Position numbers and translations under genes: made by a program. From Antechinus flavipes (lineage: Eukaryota), in the NCBI RefSeq assembly GCF_016432865.1, contig NC_067400.1:612994001-613058000 (forward strand): DNA of 64,000 nt, written 5' to 3'. Below are positions 46,721 to 57,500 of the stretch, piece by piece (within the stretch, counting starts at the first letter, position 1; every line of letters starts with the position of its first letter). A model generated the notes under the pieces. The model was not told where the DNA came from and made no database searches. It saw only the letters and a program-made list of their open reading frames with translations.

Positions 46721-49299
46721 CCTCTGAGGGCATTTTGAGTTATTCCATCCATCCATCCATCCATCCTGGATGCACTTGGTTTGTAAACATCCCAGGTAGT
46801 GAGTTCTCTATGCGTCCACGTCCCTCATTGCCTGAACTCCCACCCCCACTCTTTTTGGCATCTTTGGGCTTGTCTCACAACAGTCTCATTCTTGAGAACA
46901 TCTCGTACCTGTCAGCTGACTTCTACTATAGAATTGTCAGGAGGAGTACAGGGCCATTCCTGATGAAGGAACAAGCGGACATTGGTACCTATGGGCCCGA
47001 ATCCGGGACCCCTCCTCCCCCTGACTAGTGGGGCAGCTGTTGCTAGGTACTGTGAAAGCTCATGACTTATGGGGCAGATGGAGGTTCCAGGAGGGTTTCA
47101 ATCCCAAGAGCATTCCTTGTGTGATCCCATCCCTGAGTTTTGTTTCTTTTTTTTTCCACTTTGAGTTTCCTGGGGCCATGTCCAGAGGAAATGATTTTTG
47201 TGTGTGTGTGTGGGGGGGGGGGGGGGATCCTGGTTTTTATGGAAGCAGAGCAGCCCCTCTCCCCATCGCCTTTAGCTTTGCAGGGTGAGCTTCATACTTC
47301 AAACCCTGGGTCCCCTCTCTGCTAGGAGCATCCCATGGACATGGGACGGGGGGATCCTTAAGTCCAGGAGCTTCCCGCCATCTCTCTTCTGGGGGGCTGT
47401 CTCCGCTCGGCTTCCTCCAGGGGCCTACTAGGGTTCATGGAGCATTTGATTGAATGCCTATTATTGAGGTGTGGAGTGGGGGGTAGGGAGGATAGACCTA
47501 GATATCGATTGCCGAATGCTACAGCCTCGAAGGGGAAGCATTTCTGTACAGCGTTGGGGTCTCTGCTAATTCCAGAGACACCGGGAGGAACAGTGATGGA
47601 CAGAGTCAGTGGGGGGACAGATAAGCCACCTCGGGGAACTCTGGCAGGTCAAGAGCAGAGGGACTTCAGGGAGAGCCAGAGAAGAGACGCCCTGGAGACA
47701 GAGAGATCTCAGAGGCGAGCAGAAACACTAGACGAAGCCACTTCATAGACAGAGGCAGCCAAAGGCAGTGGAGGGCAGACAGAGACTCCTGTGTGAGCTC
47801 AGGCAAGACTAGCTAGCATCAGCATCTCCTATTGTTCCGGGGAGAAAAGTCTCCTCCCCTCCAGGGACCGGGCTTCACTGGGCCTTTTTACCCACTCACA
47901 CACAGTTCCAGTTGGCCTTGCTCTAGTCTCCTTGGGACAGCTGAGCCCCTTTGTCCCCAGAGAGCCGGGCGTCAATGTCCCTTTGTGTCCTTTTTGCACA
48001 GAATTATTTCCCACTCCCAGGGTTTACAGAGATGCTCTCTCAGGCGACCCTCGGGACTGAGCGAGGGGTTCTCCTCCCCCATTGTACACCAAGGAAACAG
48101 GCTCTGGACAAGGCAAAGAGCTCACCCAGACCCGCTGCAGCGGCCAGGGCCTCCTGGCTGCCGGCCCAGGCTTCCTTTTGTGCTGTGCCCAGTTAAAATG
48201 GCTGCACTCTCCAGTGGGGCATGGGACTCAGAGGACAGTAAAAAGGGGGCATGCAAGGAAGAAGGCCGGCCCGAGCAATTTTAAACCCCCCCCCAGTAAT
48301 AGTTCCAGTGAATTAAATGACCTTGGGCAAGTATTTTCCTCTCTCTGCTTCAATTTCCCCTCTTATTAATAAAGCAAGTGCTCCCTTTCATCACTAGGAG
48401 GGAGGGGGAGGGGGGCTAGAATTGGGGCAGCAATCTCTGTGCCCACCATGAGGTGGTGCTCCGAGCCCAGGCTGCTCCAGCTCCCTTTCCTGCACCTGCT
48501 CCCACTCTAGGTCCTGAGTTCCCTTTCAGTCCCTTGGCCCAGGTGCAGGTAAAACTTCTCGGGCTGCTGAGGTTCTCAGCCCTTTCCAGTTAGCACCCCA
48601 GCCCAGAGTGGCCAGAGTGGTACAGGAGATAAAATCCTGGATTCACCTGGTGACTTAAACCAAAAAGGACTTCAGTTTCCTCATCTGAAAAATGGGGGAC
48701 TGAATTACATGGCATCTGAGGTTCCTTCTAGCTCCAGGTCTCTCGTGGTAACCAAGGAAGGTCTCAGTCTGAGAGCGTATTTCCAACAATAATTCACAAT
48801 TTGGCTCATGCTTGCCTCTCCTTTCCACTGAAATTCTAATCTTCCTAAATTTTCAGGACCTGAATTACCCACTCAGAAATTAGAATACATTTCCTGAATT
48901 AAATTCAAACTGAAAACTACATAATCTAAACACTTGAATGGCTACACTCAGCCTCTTCTGTTAGTTTGTTTCTTCTGCTCCTCATCTATTCTGTAGAGTT
49001 TATTTTCACACGCACCAGCACCCTGATTTCAAAGCTTCTTGAGGAGGAGGAGGAAATGATCTCTACTATCCCACTCCTGGTTGGCAAGCCAGGCTAATGC
49101 TCTGGGTGTCCAGTTGGTGACAAAAGTCACCATTCTCAGCATCTGGCTGCTGAGAGATAGGCAAGTCTGCGACTGGACACCTCAGTCAGCTGAGGAATGA
49201 GGTCAGATGCAATCTCATGCCTTCCCCCCCCCCCCCCCAGATCTCTGGCCTATTTCTGTAAAATTCCTGCCAAACAGGTTCTTCCATGGGGGGGGGGGG

Positions 49300-49680
49300 G
49301 AGGGAGGGAGGAAGAGGGAGAGAGACAGACAGACAGAGACAGAGACAGAGAGAGGAGGAGGAGGAGGAAGAGAGGGAGAGAGAATGAGAATGACAAGAAA
49401 CAAGATAGGGAGAGAAAGAGAGACAGAGGAAAGAGATTAAAGAGATAGGTGGAGAGAAACAGGACAGACAGGAGGAGAGGAGAGAGAAAAAGGGACAGAA
49501 AGAGAGGAGAGAGAGAAAAGAGGAGAGGAGAGAGAGAGAACAAGAACGACAGAGAGAGAGACAAGGAGAGAGAAAGAGGAGACAGACAGGTGGGAAGAAA
49601 CAGACAAAGAAGAGACGGGAAGAGAAACAGGACAGACAGGAGGAGAGAAGGGGGAGAGAGAGAGAGAGAGTGTGGGAGGG
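49300..49680. repeat. Purine-rich (AG/GA) low-complexity repeat
   Basis: Nearly pure A/G tract with GAGA/GACA units. Confidence 0.9.
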
Positions 49681-49865
49681 TGCCAGGAGGGAGAGGGAGA
49701 TCGAGCACACAGCGGCAGCCTTGAAGGAGCCCCTTCAGAGCTTAAGATCTGGCCCATCCCCCACAGATGTCCTTTATGACAGCTGAACCTCTCCATCCCT
49801 ATTTCTCTTTGGCATTTAATGAAAAAAAGACAGGTGCAATGTAAAATGAGGGAGTCGGAATAAAT

Positions 49866-50012
49866 CAGGGGTTTCTCAACCCGAGGTTCGTGAATCTGGG
49901 GTTTTAAAAAACAATTTGATAGCTATATTTCAACATAATGTTCCCTTTATAATTCTATTTAATTTGTGGACTTGACATTATTCCGAGAAATAATTCCGTC
50001 ATTAAAGGACCG

Positions 50013-50049
<37 letters not shown>

Positions 50050-50065
50050 CCCTGAAGACTCCCTG
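49866..50065. mobile_element. hAT-Charlie-type MITE with an internal (CA)n expansion (~50016-50048)
   Basis: Left end CAGGGGTTTCTCAACC, AT-rich interior, right end AAGACTCCCTG resembling AAGAACCCCTG. No TSD recovered. Confidence 0.55.
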
Positions 50066-51052
50066 TTCCCTCCCAGTTCTGCTCCGCTTCTCCTAGGTTA
50101 AATCAGTGGATAGACCAAATCCACTTTTAATCCACCGATGATTAAACTCCCACGCCGATTCAGACACAAGGCAGCAAGGAAAGGAGAAAACCCGAGTACA
50201 AACCAAATCCAAACAATGGCGGGCGTGAGAAAAGGATGGAGATCGGCTGGGATGCTTTCGCTCTAAAGGAGAGGCTGAATTCTAATGGAGCCAGAGCCCG
50301 GGTCGGGGCAGGGAAGAAAGGGGCGGGGTGGGGGCTCGCACAAGAGCCTGGTAGCGGTTCTTACGGAGCTGGGAGTCCCCTTTTAATGGGAAGGGCTCAC
50401 TGAATAGGGAGACGGGGAGCCATCTCCAGCACAAGGGATGAGTGCGTACATGCACCTGTCTAGGCCCAGTTACTGGGGCCGGGGGAAACTCCCCAGGGGG
50501 CCTCGCAGCACACCTCGGGCCGAGGAAGGCAGGCTGCCGCCCGAGGTCACCGTGGCTGGGCTCGCTGTAGTGCCGGGGGCCGAAGCGGCGTCCGCGACCC
50601 ACGCCCAGCCCGAAGCTTGGGGGGAGGGGCGGGACAAAGGGAGTCTGACTCTCCGGAGGCTCGGTCCCCAGCCGAAGGGTCGCAGAATCTAGGGGTGGTC
50701 GGGCCGATGGATCGTCTAGCCTACCCGCCCCACCCCCACTTTGCAGAGCCCGCAGGAAGCAGCGCAGTGTAAGATCTCCTCTGGTAGAAAGATGGAAGAC
50801 GGAGACATGTTTTCTGCACCGGGACATGGCTGGCTACTGTCATTTTGGACGCTAGTGTATGTTTCCTCCCCGCACCCCCTCAATCCGCAATCCCCCAGCT
50901 AGTCCCCTTCCCCACGCCCTTCGGCCAACCACGTGACGCTCCCCCTCCCGATTCTCCAGTGCCTATGGGCAGGTGATTGTGGCCTCGCCCCACCCCCTAT
51001 GCATTAGGGCACTAATCAACGTCGAGGATCTCCGGACAGACAATGGCTTTAA

Positions 51053-51505
51053 CCAATGAGGAGAAAGAGGGGGAAACCATATCACGGTCGGGGAGGAAGA
51101 ATTGGTGGTCTGAAGCAATCAGCCTCGGGTACGGCTGGAGTGACGAGGCAGTCAGCCAATGAACACAGAGAGAGGCGGGGCTCCACCTGCGCGCCGGGAG
51201 CATAGCAGGCCCGAACTCAAAGAGGGCCATGGTCGGGCCCTATCAGACTTGACTTTGTTGCCAGGCGGCAAAGCGCCGGGAGCGCGCACAAGGGAGGAGG
51301 GGCAGGAGCGGTAGCCCAGTCAGAACCAATCAAGGCTCACCTCAGCGGGCGGGGGGGCGGAACTGGCTTCTGAGTGACAGATAGAAGTACCAATGAGAAT
51401 GTTGGAGGGGCGGGGCGGGGTTGCTCCCCCTATCGGGAGGGGGCGGCGGGTGACGGGCGGGTCCCTCCCCCAATGAGAGGCGGGGGGAGGCGGGTTCGCG
51501 CCGCC
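51053..51505 (+). promoter_or_regulatory. HNRNPL CpG-island promoter with five CCAAT boxes and GC boxes
   Basis: CCAAT at 51053, 51156, 51326, 51390 and 51470. GGGGCGGGGCGGGG near 51407. Kozak GCCGCCATG at 51506. Confidence 0.75.
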
Positions 51506-54500
51506 ATGTCGCGGAGGCTGCTGCCCCGGGCGGAGAAGCGGCGGCGGCGGCAAGAGCAGCGGCAGCAACTGGAGGAGCCGCAGGAGCATCAGGAACCACA
51601 GCAGCTGCAGCGGCGGCGCCGGCGGGCGGCGGGAGCCATGGTGAAGATGGCGGCGGCGGGCGGTGGCGGCGGCGGTGGCCGTTACTACGGTGGAGGCGGA
51701 GGAGGTGGTGGCGGCGGCAGCGAGGGCGGCCGGGCCCCAAAGCGGCTAAAGACGGACAACGCCGGCGAGCAGCACGGAGGCGGCGGGGGAGGAGCCGGGG
51801 CGGCAGGCGGAGGCGGCGGCGGTGGGGTGAGGCGGGACTGGGCCGGGGCCTAGCCGGGCTGGCGGGCGGGCGGACTGGCGGGCTAAGAGCCTCATTTTGG
51901 GCCGGGCGGGCGCGCGCCGGCCTCGTGCCGTTGGGGCCGCGGGGGAAGGGGGGAGGGGCGAACGTTTTCAGGGAGGCTCGAGCCGGCCGGGCTCGCGCTG
52001 CGGGGGCCGCCATTGCGCGTGCGCGGGGCCGCCGAGGCGATTGCTCCTGGGGCGGGGGAGGGAGGACGGTCGGGGTGGCCGCTGGCGTTCGCCACCACAA
52101 TTTGCGCTTGCGCGGCTCGCCCGCGTGGGTGGCAGTTGGGAGGCTGCGCGCGCAGGCTGTGAGGGGGGCGATGCTAATGTGCGGCTTGATGTTTGCGCCT
52201 GCGCAGTGGGTCTGCCATCCATCTCCCGGTCCGTCTGTTGGTCACACGTGGTGGTACCTTTCTCTTTTTGTGGCTGACGCTTGTAGAGGCTGCTCGCGTT
52301 GCCATGGTCTTAAATATCCGCCGTCTAAGTATAAAGCCTCCCTCCCCAGCCCGGCTGGTGGCTACATGCCCTCCCCACAGAGAGGGGCCGCTCCTCCCTC
52401 GCCCTCGGGTGTCTCCTGACCCCCAGCCTGTCTCCTCCTCGACCCCACCCTTCCTATAGTCAGGACACAGAAGCCCTCAAGCCCCCACTTGGGGAGCCTT
52501 TTCTGCTGTTTTTGGGCGAGGGTCACCGGCCCCCTCCCCCCTCAGGGGGGCTGGGCTGGGCTGCTGCTCTTGAGAAATTTGACTTTTCCTGCCTTCTAAG
52601 GAGCCAAGATCAGCTCCAACCCCGCCCAGTCAGTGCCCCTGTGGGACCCGGGCAAGTCGGTTTGGCTCTTTGAGCCTCCGCTTGTTCATCAGTAAAAGGA
52701 CGGGTGCCCCTGCTGGCCCCAGACCCCTGTGGCTCTCTGTTCTGTGACCTTATCTGGCCTGAGCTGGGGGTGGGGGGGGGGAGGGCGACATTCCAGGAAG
52801 AGCTGGGGCTCCCATCCTGCCCCGTGTTTTTTAGCCACGAGACTCCATGGGAGCCCAGCCAAGGCAAACAGTCCTGAGCTTGGGCTGCAGCAGCAGAGCG
52901 CAGGGCTGTCCTTGTATGGGCTCTGCTTCCTCCTCCCTTTTCGTTGGTTACGATCTAAGATCTCTGAAGAGCTAGTTTCCTCTCGGGGGCTCTACCTTTG
53001 CTGCAGAAGCTTAGTGTTGCGGGGGAGGGGGTTGGGCAGAGCTTCTTTCATCAGGGGCTTTGCCTCAGCTGTCTATTTTTCAAAATTTGCTTTATTGATG
53101 GCTTTTGTCTTTAAACGTCACAGTCATTTCTTGGCTGAGCTTTTGAATTTGAGGTATTTTGGATTCCCTGGTAGTTTCTGTAAGTGAGTAGTAGCTTAGA
53201 GGGAGAAAATGAAACAGGCCCTTGTTTCCTTTCCTCAGGAAAATTACGATGATCCCCACAAAACCCCAGCCTCCCCAGTCGTCCACATAAGGGGCCTGAT
53301 TGATGGTGTGGTGGAAGCTGATCTTGTGGAGGCCTTGCAGGAATTTGGGCCTATCAGGTATGGTGGCATTTGGGAGGGAGGGGGGACGGGGGGAGGCGCC
53401 CTGGAGAAACTTCCGTGTTTTCTTTCCTAGCCAAATCTGACTGAGGGCTCTCCTTGTGCTAATAGTCTTGCTCTAATCATTTGTTACTCTCAGGAACAAG
53501 TACAGAGAGTAAAGGAGAGTTCTGTATTTAAGTTAATTTTTTTGCAATTAGCATACATCTCATAAATCTCTTTTCTCTTTTTACTCACCCTCCCAATTGG
53601 GAATAAAAGAAAAACAAAGTCCTGGTAATCAGTATTGCATAATCAACCAAAATCTTATTTGATCATGTCCAAAAATTGTCTCCTGAGTCAGAAGGTTGGA
53701 GGCATGGATCTTCCTTGATTCTTTGATAGCATGGCTGGTCATCACATTGACTGCTATTCTTAGATGTTCTGAAGTTTGTTTTTTATGTTATTGTTTTATG
53801 ATTGTTCTCCTGACTCAAGTCTCCTGACTTTGTTGTTCTATACAAGTTTTCTCAGGATTTTGAAAATATCCCTGTCAACCTTTCTTATGATACGTTGATG
53901 TGCCATAACTTGGTCAGCCATTCCCCAGTTTATGGGGAATAGTTTCCAATTCCATACCATCCCAAATAGCCATTTTCAACATTTTTAGATATAAAAACCC
54001 TTTTCTTCTTTTTTTGGACTCTCTGAGCTCTCAGTCTTAAAGTAATTTCTCTGTTTCAAAGGGCATGCATGGCTGCTTGACTTGGGGCTTTGGTCTAAAT
54101 TGCTTCCCCGAAGGGCTGGACTAATTAAGTTTCACCAACATGGCATTCATGTGCCTGTCCCTCATCCCATTCTCCCCCCAAAACGCACACACACACACAC
54201 CCCACAACTTTCCAGTGTTTGTCACTATCTTTTTATTTGGTCAACTTTGCCAATCTGCTTTAACTAATGTTTGGGGGCAACTGTGAGGCTCAGTGAATTG
54301 AACATGAGCCCTGGAGTCAGGAAGACACAACTTCATAAATCCAGATCTGTCTTCAGGCATTTCTTAGCTGTATGATCCTGGGCAAATCATTTCACCTCAG
54401 TTTTCCTCATTTTAAAATGAGTTGGAGGAGGAAATGACAAACCATCTGAGTGTCTTTGCCAAGAAAAAGACTTAGAAATCAAGACACGACTGAATAAAAT

Positions 54501-57500
54501 TGATAGCTTGGATTTCTTCTTTAGTCTGTCGGTATCCTTTGATCATTTATCAGTTTTTCCTACCAAAGACTGGATGCCAACATTCCATGCCTTTGCCTAG
54601 AGCTGCCATTTCAGTTGATGGACCTTGTTATTTCATCCTGGTCTCAACAGTTTAGCTCACTTAGATGGTTTCTATCTCCTAAGAGAGAATTGGTTTTTTC
54701 TCTGTTTTGTGCAATTGGGTTGTGGTAGTTTGTCATTCCTTCTTAGAACTTGACAAGTCTTTGTTGTCCTCAAACCTTGGGTTTTAGACATTTTTAGGAA
54801 AGGTTGGGCCTTTTTTCTTGGGGTCCCAAATTTGTTGTATAGTGGGAGGTTTCACTGGATTTGTGCAGTCAGAAACTCGGGTTTAAATCTTAACCGAGCT
54901 GCTTCATTTACCTATTTATGTGATGTTGGGCAAATCATCTTAGCCTTCATAGGATCTCATTTTCCATATTTGTAAGATTGTGAGCATTACACAGAAGTGT
55001 TCCTGAGGCTCTCTCTGGCACTAATCTAAAACCCAGTGGTGTTTCTGGCCAGAATTAGCCATCATTCCGTCTTCCATTCAGAAATCCTGGCCTTTTGCTG
55101 CGGCACCAACAAAGCTGCCCTGGTGGGCTATGGCCTCCTTTCCCTTAACTCGCCCCCATCACCTCCTCTCCTACGGGAGCCAGTCCTGTAATTCACTGTC
55201 ACAGTTGAGAACTAGCTTGTCCTGCTCTTCATTTTATATGCTGAAACCTGGAGGAGTTGGGCAGTGCTTAGTGAGTCCTACCTTCTGGGGGGGAGGTTCC
55301 CCTCCGTGTATGTTTCGGCGCCCACATTCGTTCTGGGCCGAGACAGGGTCGGCTCTTGCCGTGCTGCTTCCTGGCATGTCCTGGAGTTCTGAAGGAGCCT
55401 CCTTTCTCCTAGTTATGTGGTGGTGATGCCCAAAAAGAGGCAGGCTCTGGTAGAGTTTGAGGACATCCTGGGGGCCTGCAACGCTGTGAACTATGCAGCG
55501 GACAACCAGATCTACATTGCTGGCCACCCCGCCTTTGTCAACTACTCGACCAGCCAGAAGATCTCCCGGCCTGGCGACACGGACGACTCGCGTAGTGTCA
55601 ACAGCGTGCTGCTCTTCACTATCCTGAATCCCATCTACTCTATTACGACGGTGAGCCTGGGGGCTGTCAGGGCTGGGCAGGGGTGGCTGGGAGGAGTTTG
55701 GGGCGTTTGCTGACCGCCTCTCGTGTCTGTCTGGTTCCTCAGGATGTCCTTTATACCATCTGCAACCCTTGTGGCCCCGTCCAGAGAATTGTCATCTTTC
55801 GAAAGAATGGCGTCCAGGCCATGGTAGAATATCCTTGGTGACTGGGGTGTGAGGAGCCCCCAGAAGTGGAGAGGGGCGGGTGGTCGGGACGTGGCCGCTT
55901 TGGCTTGCCCAGGTGGCATTTTGGTGACGGCTGTAGTTCGCTGTTGGGAACAGGACGCTTTGGGTGTTGCTGTGGCGGGCACACCCCAAAGGCATTTAAC
56001 CACGAAGACTGTTTCCCCATCTATAACGTGGGCACAGTTGGCAGTGCTGGTAGGTTGGTTTGTTTTCCTGAGGTGTCTGGGCTTAAATGACTTGCCTAGT
56101 CACACAGCTAGGAAGTGGCGGGCACTTGGTTGCATTTGAACTCTGGTTCTCCTCACTCCAGGGCGGCGCTCTACCCACTGCGCCATTGCTGCCCAGGCCC
56201 TGCGGCTTTTTACAAGACGTTGGGGAAGGAGTGCTTTTCAGACCCATAAGGCATTACAGACGTGGGAGCCGTTACTTGCTGTGGGTTCTTCACCCAGAGT
56301 TGGCTGTTGTGGCTCTCGGTCCAGTCGGACACGTGCCCCGGGGGAGGGTTGGGGTTGGTGCAGGCCGGCATGGTTTCTCTCTGGGGACCGTTTCCTTAAC
56401 TAGCGTTCACATTCGACTCCGTGCAGAGTGCTCAGCGAGCCAAAGCGTCCCTCAATGGGGCGGACATCTATTCTGGCTGTTGTACCCTTAAGATTGAATA
56501 CGCTAAGGTGAGTGAGCCACAAGGGTCCGGTGGTCTCTGGGCCCGGGGCGGGGCCGGCACAGAGCTCCCGACTGCCCGGCAGAGGCTGCTGCCGCTCGAG
56601 AATGTCACGCCGAGGTGGCGTCGCCTCCGACCTGACGTTGTTTCTCTCTGTGTGTAGCCGACACGTCTGAATGTGTTCAAGAATGATCAGGATACCTGGG
56701 ACTATACCAACCCCAACCTCAGTGGACAAGGTAACCTTGCTGCCTTCTTTGTCTTTCACTCCCCCCGCCCGCCATGCCTGTCGGGGAATTCGCACACTCC
56801 TAGGTCGGCCTCAATGTTATGTAATGCCATTGGATTTAGACAGTTCAGGGGAGGGAGCGGGGGTCTTCTGTGGCCGCCGGCTCACAGCTTCTGCTTGGGC
56901 ACCCGAGAGGGAAAAGAATGGGTCGTGGGGCCGGGTCGTGGGGCAAGGAGCTTGTCTGCAAGCTATTTCTTTGCCTGAGCTCCTGGCCCGCGGGCTGGGG
57001 CGCCCCCTTGGCCACTGGCCCTGGGGATAGCCCCTCCCGGTCTTGAGGGCAGTTTGGTCACTGGAGCACAAGGACCTCAGAGGTCCTCTGGTCTGCCCCG
57101 CTAAGCTCACGTTGTTAAAGGGAGACCAGGCCCAGAGAAGCGAAGTGCGTGCCCGGGGCGGTACTGAGCCCCGGCCCCCTGAAGCTCTTTTCCAAATTGT
57201 CCGACGTGAGGGGACAGGGGTCAGCCCAGTGACGGGATGTTCTAGACTAAAGAGGTCCAAGGGCTGAAGGCAGGCAGAGTAGTGGGCTTGAAGCTCCACA
57301 CCAAGAGAAGTGAGGCTGGGGGAAGGGAGGGTCTGGACGTAGCCTGTGGGCTCAGGGCCGGGCCCCTAGAAGGAGCCACAGGCAGACCCGGGCCTTGTGC
57401 CAGGGCAGGAAGAGGACGATTTCTGTCCTCAGTCGGGGTAGGAGAGCGTCCTCCACCTTGTTGCTCGGCCAGTAGCACCCGCGGGGGACGTGAGCGGCCA

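Noticed and set aside
48833-48886. Nested short inverted repeats (ATTCTAAT/ATTAGAAT; TTCAGG-A-CCTGAA)
   Set aside because: Arms of 6-8 bp in AT-rich DNA are expected by chance.
50130-50285. Possible C/D-box snoRNA (GATGATT...CTGA) upstream of HNRNPL
   Set aside because: Imperfect C box, no terminal stem, and not inside an intron of a same-strand host.
51374-51505. In-frame upstream GTG extension of HNRNPL
   Set aside because: Lies among promoter CCAAT and GC boxes, probably upstream of the TSS. ATG 51506 has a perfect Kozak context.
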